IMG/VR virus record: IMGVR_UViG_3300029286_001586
Location: 10,053 to 74,052 of that record
From: a virus
Strand: one strand, 5' to 3'
DNA length: 64,000 bases
A model generated the notes under the pieces. It searched no databases and was not told the origin of the DNA. It was given only the letters and a program-made list of their open reading frames with translations. Below are positions 19,225 through 29,490 of the stretch, one piece after another. The position numbers and the translations under genes are program-made. The first letter of the stretch is position 1. Every line of letters starts with the position of its first letter.

Positions 19225-22200
19225 ATGGTATTCAGCGAAGATTTTTTTGTCAAACTAAGAATAGACGATACACAACTTAAAAATGATTTTAAGAAAGTAA
19301 CTAATAGCATAACTGCATCCAGTTCGTCTTCGTCTGGTGCTAATGTTTTTGGTGCGCTTGATAAAGGAGCAATGTCTAATCTCGCTTCTATAAAAAATCT
19401 TGTCTCAAAAGGGTATCTTCCTCTCAATGAGGGCATTGCTCAAAGCAAAAAAATTATTGATGGAATGAATCTTGGTCTTAACACTTCTGCCGAAGTAATG
19501 AAAAGACAAGAACATAATCTTGTCAGGATGGCTGGTGGATTCAAAGCAATGGCTTCTGACATAGTTCATGCTACTTCCAAAATGTTGCTTTGGGGTGCTG
19601 CTGCGACACTTATTTATATGCCTATTCGTGCATTTACTTCGCTAAATGAAGCTGGAGAAAAATGGGTAAATACATTAGAAGATATTCAGGCACTCACAAA
19701 TCTTTCAATAGAACAAACACAAAAACTCGCTTATATTACTAAGTCACAAGGTATTGACGAACAAGCTGTTTATAAAGGCATAGCAACACTTCAATCCAAA
19801 CTTCAAACTGCTGGCGGTCGTGGAAAACTAATGGATATTCTGGGAATATCTGACCCACAAGAACTTAAAAGAGTAATGTCTGATATCCCATTACTATTTG
19901 ATAAACTAAGAGAATCTGTTGCTAAAGGAGGAAACGCTGGTAATTGGATAAAAGACCTATTTGGTATGAAGGGCTTTGAATTTGCAAAACTCTTTAAGAT
20001 GAGCCAATCCGATGTTGATGAATTGATGAATAAATATAAAGAGTTTGTTGGTGTAGTTTCTCAGGAAAGGTTTGAACATCTTGATAAAATGGCAGACCAG
20101 TTAAAAGTCAATGAAGCTCTTATGTCTATTATGGCTTTGACAATGAGAGAGCAATGGCTGCCTGTGTTAATAGCATTATCAGAAGCATCTATTACTTTGA
20201 TGAAAAATTCGGGATGGGCTTTAGATATATCCAAAATTGTTTATCAAAGCTCTCTCAATTCCCAGGTATTAAAATGGCAAGACGAATACAAAAACAAAAC
20301 AGACGAAATGGCTGATGCTATAAAACGATTTGGACTGAATTCTGATGAAGCAAAAAAGAAACAAAAAGAACTTTTAAGTATTCAAAAAGAAATGATGGCA
20401 GCGACAAATATGGCAGACCCGAACTTTCCTTATAATAAAAAACCTTTACTAAAACCCTCTCCCGATAAAGATATGCCCGATATAGGGACAACCTCTTATG
20501 CAGCAGCATATGTAAAACAAGTCAGAGATGAAACTACCGAAGTAGATAAATTTAACAAGATAATAGCCAAGAACACTTACTTCATGTCCCAGAACGGACT
20601 TGAATTTAATAACTCATATAAACAAGCGCAGATTTATAGAGAACAATTGCTAGGACTTACAGAAGAATATAAAAAGCTAGACGCACAATTACAAAATTTT
20701 GCAAAACCAAATAAATTTGGAAATACTACCTATCAACAAGCATTAAAGGACATAAATGCTGCCAAAGCTAGTAAGGCTGCACTCGATTTAAAAAACGAAG
20801 ACAAAACACTTTCTCAGCAAGAAAAAGATGCTAATAAAGTAAAGATAAGAGAAGCCGAGTCTATGTTAGCCCATGCTTTAGAACAAAAAGAAATGGTAGA
20901 ACATACTAATTCTGAATATATTAAAATGCTCGGAATTCTTTCTCAGATAAACAAAGAACTTTATGGATATGATAGTTCTTTGATGAAGATATTTGACCAA
21001 GTAAGTGCGGGTAAAGCCGATTTTGCCGATATATTTTCTATATTAGGAAATAAGTCAGGTAATAGTATGCTTAGTAATATAGGTACTAGAATAGGTCAAA
21101 CTGGAGATATTGGAAAGGGGATTGGTTCTGCTATCGGAAGCGTGTTTGGTCCGATAGGAAGTGTTGTTGGTAGTTTATTTGGCGGAATGATAGGTGGTTT
21201 ATTTGGACCAGGAAAAGGTCCCGATACAAGTGCAATAGAAAAAGAAAATACTGACAGGATTAATGCCAATACTGCTGCACTAAAAGTATTTGAAGACGCA
21301 TTAAAAAATTCAAGCAATGCTTTAGATGATTTGCCCGAACAAGTAGCCTCTATCCAATCAAATTTAGATATTGCAACAGGTAAAGCGGGAAAACTTCCTA
21401 CTATTGACGCAACGAGTAGGAAACTGGATGATTTCGGCGATGCCATAACTAAAGTAACATATAATAACGGAAAAGTTGCATGGGAATATGATGGTACAAT
21501 TGTAGCACTTACTAAAAGCGCAAAGGATGCCAATGATGCAGTTACGGAATGGGCAGATAAATTAGCTGCAACAAATACATGGCTGGCAAGAGCAAACGCT
21601 TCAACAGCAACAACAGGATTTAATATTGCTATGGGCAACACGGGTGGGCTAAGTGCAGCACAATATGAAAAGAATCAAATACTCGCTATGATGGGACCAG
21701 GAGGGGAATCTTCTTCTTGGACCACAGAGTATTTAAGAAACATGCAGATAAAGTTAAAAGAACTTGATGCAACAATGGCGGATTCCAAAGTAACGAGTTT
21801 CATGGATAGTTTCAATCAACAGTTGAATATTCAATCTAATTTATACGATACAACTTCAGAAAAGGTTGCATTTTACAATCAACTTATAGCCGATATGGGT
21901 TCTAGTTTAGACCCTGCGAAATTAGCGGAATTTAATAATGAAATACAGAGATTACTTTCTCCTTCCCAAACTGTAACAGACCAAGAGGGGGAAATAAGAC
22001 ACGGCGCAGCAGCACTCAGACACAGCTTAATTGCTGGGGGAACAATGACTCCCGCAGAAGTAGAAGAAAAAATAAGACAATACAATATAGACGCTTATAA
22101 AGTATTATATGAAATGGTTAAAGACACAAATATCTCTCAGGCTATTTTAGATGGGTTACAGGAAACAGTCTGGACTTTGGAAGACGCAACATTTACACAG

Positions 22201-22317
22201 AACAATGAGATAAATAATCAGTTCAGTGGTGATATTGCTAATAATCTCGATTTTGATTACTTTGTACGAAGAATAGCTCAGGAAATGAGCAGACAGGGGC
22301 GGTCATACGCTTTTTAA
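19225..22317 (+). CDS. Tail tape measure protein
   Basis: 1030 aa, helical, with a glycine-zipper stretch (GSAIGSVFGPIGSVVGSLFGG). Confidence 0.85.
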   Translation: MVFSEDFFVKLRIDDTQLKNDFKKVTNSITASSSSSSGANVFGALDKGAMSNLASIKNLVSKGYLPLNEGIAQSKKIIDGMNLGLNTSAEVMKRQEHNLVRMAGGFKAMASDIVHATSKMLLWGAAATLIYMPIRAFTSLNEAGEKWVNTLEDIQALTNLSIEQTQKLAYITKSQGIDEQAVYKGIATLQSKLQTAGGRGKLMDILGISDPQELKRVMSDIPLLFDKLRESVAKGGNAGNWIKDLFGMKGFEFAKLFKMSQSDVDELMNKYKEFVGVVSQERFEHLDKMADQLKVNEALMSIMALTMREQWLPVLIALSEASITLMKNSGWALDISKIVYQSSLNSQVLKWQDEYKNKTDEMADAIKRFGLNSDEAKKKQKELLSIQKEMMAATNMADPNFPYNKKPLLKPSPDKDMPDIGTTSYAAAYVKQVRDETTEVDKFNKIIAKNTYFMSQNGLEFNNSYKQAQIYREQLLGLTEEYKKLDAQLQNFAKPNKFGNTTYQQALKDINAAKASKAALDLKNEDKTLSQQEKDANKVKIREAESMLAHALEQKEMVEHTNSEYIKMLGILSQINKELYGYDSSLMKIFDQVSAGKADFADIFSILGNKSGNSMLSNIGTRIGQTGDIGKGIGSAIGSVFGPIGSVVGSLFGGMIGGLFGPGKGPDTSAIEKENTDRINANTAALKVFEDALKNSSNALDDLPEQVASIQSNLDIATGKAGKLPTIDATSRKLDDFGDAITKVTYNNGKVAWEYDGTIVALTKSAKDANDAVTEWADKLAATNTWLARANASTATTGFNIAMGNTGGLSAAQYEKNQILAMMGPGGESSSWTTEYLRNMQIKLKELDATMADSKVTSFMDSFNQQLNIQSNLYDTTSEKVAFYNQLIADMGSSLDPAKLAEFNNEIQRLLSPSQTVTDQEGEIRHGAAALRHSLIAGGTMTPAEVEEKIRQYNIDAYKVLYEMVKDTNISQAILDGLQETVWTLEDATFTQNNEINNQFSGDIANNLDFDYFVRRIAQEMSRQGRSYAF

Positions 22318-22320
22318 ACT

Positions 22321-23187
22321 ATGGCAGACATAATAAGACTTAGAAATCCTTTAGATACAAGTAAATACATAGACATTAATAACTCGACTTTAAGTGGGTG
22401 TTTTCTTGGGGTGGAACAATGTGATTTTGGAAAGTTCACTGGTTATCGAAAAGCAATACACGAATTCCCAGGACAGGATATTGCTAAGTATCAGAAGATA
22501 GGGCTTAATCCAAGAGACGGAAAGATAAACTTTTATCTCATGGCTCAAAATTCCGCAACTACTTATAGAACTGACCTACACAACGCTTTAAATGATTTAT
22601 ATAATTACATGTTCATTCAAGATGTTCAATTATATCTTAATCCCCCAAATAGATACGTGGTCGTGAATTGTGTTGGTGCAAATGTAACTGATGACGTTAA
22701 AGACGATAGTGTATTGAATATTGAAACTAATTTTATTGCAGTTGACCCATTTTCATATGAGGACTCTCTTACAGTGCAGTCTTCTTATATGGGGAGTGTG
22801 TCGGGAAAGAACCAATCTTTTCATGTTTCTGGTATGTTATATGTTGACCCGATAATTAAATGGAGTAATTATGGTGGAGGACTTGCAAGTGGTTTCTATC
22901 GCCAGGAAAATTTCATGATTTACAACGACACTAACGGGACATATTATGAATTCAATAGCCAGACCCCCCTTGTAAGCGGTTGGTATCTTGAAATAGATTG
23001 CACTAATGCAACTGTGATAAGCAATAATATAGCCGATTCATTAACAGATATCAATAAAATTGGTTATACAAATAGTCCGTCATTCATGCGTCTTGAAGGC
23101 AATAGGTCTAATAATTTGAGAGTTATCGATTCATTACAGAATAGTGGAAAACTTGAAATTACATATAGGAATAGGTGGTTTGTATAA
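22321..23187 (+). CDS. Distal tail protein (Dit-like)
   Basis: Follows the tape measure gene; FIAVDPFSY, LEIDC, LEGNRSN, ITYRNRW motifs. Confidence 0.75.
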   Translation: MADIIRLRNPLDTSKYIDINNSTLSGCFLGVEQCDFGKFTGYRKAIHEFPGQDIAKYQKIGLNPRDGKINFYLMAQNSATTYRTDLHNALNDLYNYMFIQDVQLYLNPPNRYVVVNCVGANVTDDVKDDSVLNIETNFIAVDPFSYEDSLTVQSSYMGSVSGKNQSFHVSGMLYVDPIIKWSNYGGGLASGFYRQENFMIYNDTNGTYYEFNSQTPLVSGWYLEIDCTNATVISNNIADSLTDINKIGYTNSPSFMRLEGNRSNNLRVIDSLQNSGKLEITYRNRWFV

Positions 23188-24423
23188 ATGCTTGATTTAA
23201 GCAAAATAACAGTACATATTTTTAAGAACTTACTTCTTACTGAAATATTTACAACATTAGTTTCTGTTGAATGGACGCTTACTAAAGGTAATGAGGCGGG
23301 AACATTCAAGGTTGTATTAAATAAATCATCAAACAATATTGAAAACATTCATTATAATGATGAAATAAAAATTTATTATGATAACTCGCTTAAATTCGGG
23401 GGTAGAATACAAACCAAAGACATAGATGACGATAATGATACCATTACAATAGGAGGATATTCATACACATTTGAATTATTGAATAAGCAAGTAAACTGGA
23501 AATATACAAATGAATATGCACATAAAATAGTCGAGTCTCTTGTGGACTTGCATAACAGTGACGGTGAAATAAGTTATGTGTCAGGATTAGGAGTTGATAC
23601 TTTTAGTGTATTTATAGATGAAGTTCTTTTTCAGCAAGACATGCTCAGTAATGCAGTTCAAAAAATGGCAGATGTAACAAATGCTTCTTATTGGGTAGAT
23701 GCTAATAAAAAATTATATTTCAAAAAAGACGAATATGTTAGTGGTGATATTACAAACATGTACATGAAGAATGTTAATGTTTCTAATATGAGGGTTACCA
23801 AAGATTCGTCTACAATAAAAAATAGAGGATTTCTTTTCGGAGGGGCTTATTCTGGTCAGGCAGTTCAGGTAGTTGAAACCATACAAAACTCGAATTCTGT
23901 TGATTTATTTGGTCCCAGAGATTTTTGTATATATGATACATCGGTAACTACCAGCGGGTATGCCCAATATAAATTAATATCCGAAATAACAAAATATTCG
24001 GACCCTAAAGTGTACGGAAGTTTTGATGTTCCTGGTGGTGATATAAATCTGAATTATGACAGTTATATAAATCTTAAAAATTTCGGCAATGAAATCGATG
24101 ATATATATCTTACTAAATCAGTCGGATATAAAATCGATTTAAAGGGAGCTACTACAAGCATTAATTTTGAAAGCAGAGTCCCGAATATTGAAAAAATTAC
24201 AAAAGAACTAGATGAGCGAATATCACGGCTTGAAAAATCGCAGATAACAGCGAATTTTATATTTAATATTTTGGATAGATTTGGATTAAGCGATTTTAAC
24301 CCAGGCAATCAACCAGAGAATATTTGTTTGTATGATAGCGGAGTATTTGATAATCAAGTCTTTTGTTATGAACCATATTTGTTTTTGTACAATTCCGATA
24401 CATTAGAATATTGGATTAATTAG
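23188..24423 (+). CDS. Baseplate hub / Tal-like protein
   Basis: Follows Dit; FGGRI, YWVDANKKLYF motifs. Confidence 0.65.
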   Translation: MLDLSKITVHIFKNLLLTEIFTTLVSVEWTLTKGNEAGTFKVVLNKSSNNIENIHYNDEIKIYYDNSLKFGGRIQTKDIDDDNDTITIGGYSYTFELLNKQVNWKYTNEYAHKIVESLVDLHNSDGEISYVSGLGVDTFSVFIDEVLFQQDMLSNAVQKMADVTNASYWVDANKKLYFKKDEYVSGDITNMYMKNVNVSNMRVTKDSSTIKNRGFLFGGAYSGQAVQVVETIQNSNSVDLFGPRDFCIYDTSVTTSGYAQYKLISEITKYSDPKVYGSFDVPGGDINLNYDSYINLKNFGNEIDDIYLTKSVGYKIDLKGATTSINFESRVPNIEKITKELDERISRLEKSQITANFIFNILDRFGLSDFNPGNQPENICLYDSGVFDNQVFCYEPYLFLYNSDTLEYWIN

Positions 24424-24432
24424 GAGAAATAA

Positions 24433-24822
24433 ATGAACGAAAATCTGCAACGCTTACGAGAACTGACGCACAAATTAACAACATATAAAGAAATACCTCA
24501 ATTTGTTTATGATAAAAGTGTAGAAGTTGATTTAGAAAAGGGGCACTGCACTGGTTGGAAAGTTCTGGTTGAAGAAGATATGGGAGTCCATAAATGGTTT
24601 ATGACCGCTGGTTCGGAATTCCCAAATCATAAACACGAATGTATGGAACTTTTGGTAGTATATAAAGGTCATATGAGCGTAATTGTGGACGGAGAAAGAT
24701 ACAAACTCGGCAGAGGCGATAGCTTAAAAATAGAAGCTGGGAAAGAACATGCTCTTATATATGAGGAAGATACATGGGCATTGACAATAACTATTCCTTT
24801 GGAAGAAGGTTTTCCTAAATGA
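24433..24822 (+). CDS. Cupin-domain protein
   Basis: FPNHKHECMELLVVYKG...GDSLKIEAGKEH cupin motifs. Confidence 0.8.
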   Translation: MNENLQRLRELTHKLTTYKEIPQFVYDKSVEVDLEKGHCTGWKVLVEEDMGVHKWFMTAGSEFPNHKHECMELLVVYKGHMSVIVDGERYKLGRGDSLKIEAGKEHALIYEEDTWALTITIPLEEGFPK

Positions 24823-25157
24823 TGGTAGAATTAAAAGAACCCAATACTTCGGGATGGGATGCGTGGGCAAATTATGTGTTAAAGGAACTAGAAAGACTTA
24901 ATCATTGTATTGAAGAACTCACACGAACACTAACAGAATTAAGAGAATCCATTAATAAATATACGGGAGACTTAAAAGCAGATACAAAAGACCTCTCTCA
25001 AAATTTAAAAGTTGACCATGCCAAAGAAATAGGACGAGTGTGGGCAGAAATAAAATTACTCAATTTCAAATCTGGGTTGTGGGGTCTTGTCGGCGGACTT
25101 ATTCCCGCAGCAGTTGTTGCATTTTATTTTATAGCTAGATGGTTTTTGAGTAATTAG
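24819..25157 (+). CDS. Coiled-coil protein with C-terminal TM helix (holin/XhlA-like)
   Basis: Coiled coil followed by a hydrophobic C-terminus. Confidence 0.45.
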   Translation: MMVELKEPNTSGWDAWANYVLKELERLNHCIEELTRTLTELRESINKYTGDLKADTKDLSQNLKVDHAKEIGRVWAEIKLLNFKSGLWGLVGGLIPAAVVAFYFIARWFLSN

Positions 25158-25166
25158 GAGAGAAAT

Positions 25167-25610
25167 ATGCAAGAAGGATTTGTTTTAAAGGGGCAGGTAG
25201 AATTAGAAATCATACGGGAAGATGGCAGCATTGAAATAATAAAGAATAATAATACTATTATGGATGTATCAAGACAAAATGTAGCGAATATTCTTTTAGG
25301 AAATGATACTTCTGGGGTAATACCCATGTTTTTTGGAGTTGGCACAGACCCAACAATATCAAATGTAAATATGTCAGAATTAGTCGTTCCTCTTGGTGCA
25401 AGAAAGTTTTTGGTATCAAAAGACAAGTCTTATTCTTCATTAGTGTATCAATTTCAAAGTGCTGCTGGAGAGCACACAGGAACTTGGAAAGAGGCTGGGC
25501 TGTTTTCGTCATATAATGACACAGGAACTCTTTTTTGTAGGGCAAATATTTCTCCAGTCAATAAAGCTGCGGGCGATACAATAAATGGAACATGGAGGAT
25601 TATATTCTAA
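25167..25610 (+). CDS. Tail/baseplate structural protein
   Basis: NNTI...FGVGTD...WKEAGLF...GTLFCR...KAAGDT..W motif common in tail-fibre-associated proteins. Confidence 0.65.
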   Translation: MQEGFVLKGQVELEIIREDGSIEIIKNNNTIMDVSRQNVANILLGNDTSGVIPMFFGVGTDPTISNVNMSELVVPLGARKFLVSKDKSYSSLVYQFQSAAGEHTGTWKEAGLFSSYNDTGTLFCRANISPVNKAAGDTINGTWRIIF

Positions 25611-26629
25611 TGGCTACTTATGTAAATCTTATAACATCAACGATGCAACCGATACAACCCGTATCGAGTTCTGATATGAAAAATAATTTTTTGCAAATAA
25701 AATCTGCTCTTGTTGATGGAACTTTGGATTTAAATACAAAATCGGTAACAATAAACGGAACTAATACTACTGTATTATCTAACGAAGTAACTGGTGGAGG
25801 ACTCAGATTAAAAACTGATAGTGCATGTACAGGCGGATTTGAATTACAGACATATAATGCAGGACCAGGATATACAAACAAATTAACACTTTCTAATGAT
25901 GGAGATTTAAACATTCTTTCATCTGCTGCGGTATCTGCATTTTCTGTTACAAACGCAACAAGGGCTGTTTCTACTGGAACACTGTCTTTGACTGGACCAA
26001 GTGTTGATAGTCTTGGTGGGAATATATTTTCTGGGTCTTCATCAGGGGCATTATCAATAACTGCTGGTGCAACTAATCAAGGCGGAAGAATAGAACTTTA
26101 TGGCGGAACTCATGCAACACTTCCAGGTCAAATCCTTATTAAAACAGGAACAACTGGAGGAGCAACTACCGCAATCACAATAGCGAATACAGGAGTAGTA
26201 ACCTTTGCTCAACCAATCGTAGCAACAATTACTACGGCAGCGCAAACAAACATAACATCTGTTGGAACTTTAGTGTCCCTTACTGTCTCAGGAGCAGTAA
26301 CAGCAGGGACTTCTTCTACTGGCGTTATGTGGAAAGTATTAAATATTGGGGATTGGGATATGGTAGCAAGTGATAATTGTGCAGTTGCTCACGGATTAGG
26401 AGATAGTTTTAAAAAGATTGTGAGTGTTTTTGCAGTAATTAGAACAGATAATGATGCTGCTTATTATAATTTGTCTTCGTATATTGGCGGAGTAGCTATG
26501 GGAGGAGTTTATTCGTTTTCTAATACAAATATTAATTTGGCAAGGGAAACGGGAGGAATTTTTAATCATACGGATTTTAATGCAACTTCTTTCAATAGAG
26601 GATTTGTTTATGTCGCTTATACAGCATAG
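25610..26629 (+). CDS. Tail fibre / receptor-binding protein
   Basis: SD GGAGG at 25594; T/G/S-rich; AAQTNITSVGTL repeat unit; C-terminal IGDWDM...NRG domain. Confidence 0.65.
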   Translation: MATYVNLITSTMQPIQPVSSSDMKNNFLQIKSALVDGTLDLNTKSVTINGTNTTVLSNEVTGGGLRLKTDSACTGGFELQTYNAGPGYTNKLTLSNDGDLNILSSAAVSAFSVTNATRAVSTGTLSLTGPSVDSLGGNIFSGSSSGALSITAGATNQGGRIELYGGTHATLPGQILIKTGTTGGATTAITIANTGVVTFAQPIVATITTAAQTNITSVGTLVSLTVSGAVTAGTSSTGVMWKVLNIGDWDMVASDNCAVAHGLGDSFKKIVSVFAVIRTDNDAAYYNLSSYIGGVAMGGVYSFSNTNINLARETGGIFNHTDFNATSFNRGFVYVAYTA

Positions 26630-26638
26630 GAGAAAACA

Positions 26639-26878
26639 ATGAAAAAAATAATTGAATGGATTTCGGCTCATAATGATAAAGTATTACATTTTTTATTTGG
26701 GTACTTAATTTGTACTGTATTTCCTGTTTATTGGACATATGGTTTAGTGTTAAGTATTGTAGCGGGTTCTGTTAAAGAATATTGGGATAGTAAAGGAAAT
26801 GGTTGCGTTGATACTTGGGATTTCGTAGCAACTGTTTGTGGAGGTATTGTAGGAGCAATTGCTCTTTCAATAAAATAA
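26639..26878 (+). CDS. Small membrane protein (VanZ/DUF2279-like)
   Basis: DKVLHF...KEYWD...WDFVAT..GG motif. Confidence 0.6.
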   Translation: MKKIIEWISAHNDKVLHFLFGYLICTVFPVYWTYGLVLSIVAGSVKEYWDSKGNGCVDTWDFVATVCGGIVGAIALSIK

Positions 26879-26879
26879 T

Positions 26880-27110
26880 ATGAAAAAACGATTTAGTTTT
26901 GGGTTAAATATATTTCTTACATCAACAAAATTTGCTGGTTATATGTGTATTATATATTCAATGTTAATGCCTTTATTTAAAGTCATTGATGTAACAGCGT
27001 TTCTTGCAGCGGGGGTGACGCTTCTGGTAGGAAAAACTGCCGTCGATGCAGGAAAAGAAGCATTTGAAACTAAAAAGAAAGATGGTAAACCAAATAGTGA
27101 TTCAATATGA
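26880..27110 (+). CDS. Putative holin
   Basis: Two TM segments and a charged C-terminus, near the endolysin. Confidence 0.5.
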   Translation: MKKRFSFGLNIFLTSTKFAGYMCIIYSMLMPLFKVIDVTAFLAAGVTLLVGKTAVDAGKEAFETKKKDGKPNSDSI

Positions 27111-27646
27111 TTAATCAGATAAAGACTTATATAATTTATTTTCTTTCTGCTCTTGTTGTTGCAATGGGATTATGGATGTATATTACTAAACCCATTGCTC
27201 CTGAGAAACCTCTAACACTAAAACCAGATGAAATAACTAAGACAGTTATTTCTGGAACAAAGATACAAACGCTTAATAAAATATCAAGTAATGAAGCAAG
27301 TTATGTCAGCAAAGATATTAGTCCTAGAGATAAAGATATCAAGATAATAGTTAAAGATAATGGAAGTGTTGTTGTAGAAAATCATGACCTTGTTTTTCTG
27401 CCATTGAATATTTCCATCGGGCTTCAATATCCCCAAGAACCGACTCCAGTTATAGAGATTTCTCTTTTAAGATATAAACAGTATTCTCTACATGCGGGAG
27501 TGAGTCAACTAGGACTTTCTTTATCAGCTAACAGGGATTTATATGATATATTTTCTTTTGCGCCGAATACTTATATAGGAATTTTCATAAGAAAGAACTA
27601 CAATGCTTCTACGAATTACGGTTTACAGGGAGGCATTTATTTTTAA
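27107..27646 (+). CDS. Membrane-anchored protein (possible spanin-like)
   Basis: N-terminal TM helix; C-terminal amphipathic beta strands ending in Phe; within the lysis cluster. Confidence 0.4.
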   Translation: MINQIKTYIIYFLSALVVAMGLWMYITKPIAPEKPLTLKPDEITKTVISGTKIQTLNKISSNEASYVSKDISPRDKDIKIIVKDNGSVVVENHDLVFLPLNISIGLQYPQEPTPVIEISLLRYKQYSLHAGVSQLGLSLSANRDLYDIFSFAPNTYIGIFIRKNYNASTNYGLQGGIYF

Positions 27647-28194
27647 TGCAAATTATAGATGTGAGAAAAACACTTAAAACAAATACAAAAGTGAAATGGC
27701 CAGATTTTAATGCTCCCCGTCATATTAGTTCAATTAAACTTGGTGTAATCCATCACACCAGTGATTATATTGTAGATTTGAACAAACTTAATGATATAGA
27801 AATTCGGGAAACCCGAATATACAAAGATGGTTGCGAGAGAGTTCCATATCATTATTGGATAAATTTGCAGGGCGTAATTTATTGGTGCAACGATTTGGAG
27901 CAAATCACATGGACATGTAATAACGCTAACCCCATTGCGCTAAGCATTGCTTTATGTGGTAATTTTCAACAAAACGGACCCCGCCCAAATCAAGTCAAAG
28001 CACTTAAAGAACTTTTGGATTGGCTGTGTAAAAAGCGTCCAGACATACCTAATTTGACCCAGGAGACAGTTTACGGTCATGGAGAAGAATATATGCGGAG
28101 TTTTGGGAATCGAACAAGTTGCCCTGGCAAATACCTTCAACCTTTGATAACGAATTACCGAAAATTTGGCGATTTTAATGCAAAAACTGCCTAG
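27646..28194 (+). CDS. Endolysin, N-acetylmuramoyl-L-alanine amidase (Amidase_2/PGRP-like)
   Basis: VIHHT, PYHYWI, SIALCGNF, YGHGE, TSCPG motifs. Confidence 0.88.
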   Translation: MQIIDVRKTLKTNTKVKWPDFNAPRHISSIKLGVIHHTSDYIVDLNKLNDIEIRETRIYKDGCERVPYHYWINLQGVIYWCNDLEQITWTCNNANPIALSIALCGNFQQNGPRPNQVKALKELLDWLCKKRPDIPNLTQETVYGHGEEYMRSFGNRTSCPGKYLQPLITNYRKFGDFNAKTA

Positions 28195-28349
28195 TAAAGA
28201 GTATATATTGGATTTAAAGAAGCGTTATGAGCTTAATTATCCGCTTTCAAAAGAGGAATGGATAGCACTATGTGGGGCATATAAAACACTGTGTAGTGAC
28301 CATTTTAATGCTGATGGGAGCCTAAAGACAGTAAAAGAGCTTGAAAAAT

Positions 28350-28718
28350 ATGAGTAGACATTATAAAAGGAAACTAATACTAAAAACAACTTCTGCCACA
28401 GGTTGGAAAAAAGCCAAAGATATTTATATATATGGAAAAGATATCTCCGAAAAATATAGAGCAACAAAATGGGGAGCTAAAACGAGAAATCTAAAATTCA
28501 ATATAACTTTGGACGAGTTTGCTGATATTATAAGACTTCCTTGTTTCTATTGTGCGACAACAGTTTACAAACGAGGACTTGATAGATTAGATAATAATGA
28601 TGGTTATTATCTAAGTAATGTTGTTTCGTGCTGTTGGACATGTAATCGTATGAAAAGCGACATGTCATTAGATGATTTCTGGTATCATATTAGAAAAATA
28701 GCTCGTATTTTGGAATAG
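28350..28718 (+). CDS. HNH endonuclease
   Basis: PCFYC...GLDRLDN..GY..SNVVSCCWTCNRMK. Confidence 0.85.
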   Translation: MSRHYKRKLILKTTSATGWKKAKDIYIYGKDISEKYRATKWGAKTRNLKFNITLDEFADIIRLPCFYCATTVYKRGLDRLDNNDGYYLSNVVSCCWTCNRMKSDMSLDDFWYHIRKIARILE

Positions 28719-28762
28719 TTTGTCGCTAGAATAGCCTGTAAGCTCGAAATCTATTGTATTAT

Positions 28763-28996
28763 TCAATGAGTTTTCTTGGAACGAGCCTTATGTAGTCTAT
28801 CTGCCACTGCCTTCTTTTCGGCTTCGGAAAACGCCCTTTTTTTACGAGCAGAAGTAGGATTGGTCCCAAATCTGAGTAAGTATAGTGGACAGGTAGGAAT
28901 AGGACATTCAGTTACTTCTTTTCTTTGACCCCCACCACACTCCAAACAATGCTTTTTAATCTGCTTTAACGGACTTATTTTTTCGTGTTTAATCAT
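28763..28996 (-). CDS. Small Cys-rich protein
   Basis: IKKHCLEC...EVTEC....CPLY..RFG. Confidence 0.6.
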   Translation of the reverse strand: MIKHEKISPLKQIKKHCLECGGGQRKEVTECPIPTCPLYLLRFGTNPTSARKKRAFSEAEKKAVADRLHKARSKKTH

Positions 28997-29490
28997 AGTA
29001 AATCCTTTTTCACCTCCTTTATAATCGACCTTGACATATAGGACTTATTCCTGACATCAATTTTCCACACTCCATGCAATTATGTAATTCTGCATGACAC
29101 TCAGGACACTTCATATTCACCTTCCCCCTTTCTGTGGTTTGTTGGCTACTTCATCGGCTTTGGCGAGGATGGCAGAACGGCAAGCGTTCCAATAGTGTAA
29201 GCCACAAGCGCAAGACGCTCTTGACCTGTGTATTCTTCCGTCTGCGAACTTCTTAAATGCCTGACAAGGGTAATAGTGGTCATCCCTCTCATCAGGCACA
29301 CACTCCCTTATCTTCTGCGCTGTGTAGAGGGAGAGGTCGGCTTCAAATTCTTTCTTCATATCGACGATGCTATTCACACGCTTATCAGTAGCTTTTTCAT
29401 ACGCTCTTGCCTTTTTAACAAGCTCATAAAACATCTTGAAACCTCTTGTCTTAGCCGTCATCGCTTTGTTATCTGTCATTTGTTCTGTCA

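Noticed and set aside
1290-28467. Numerous short antisense ORFs within the structural module
   Set aside because: They overlap well-supported plus-strand genes and lack recognisable motifs.
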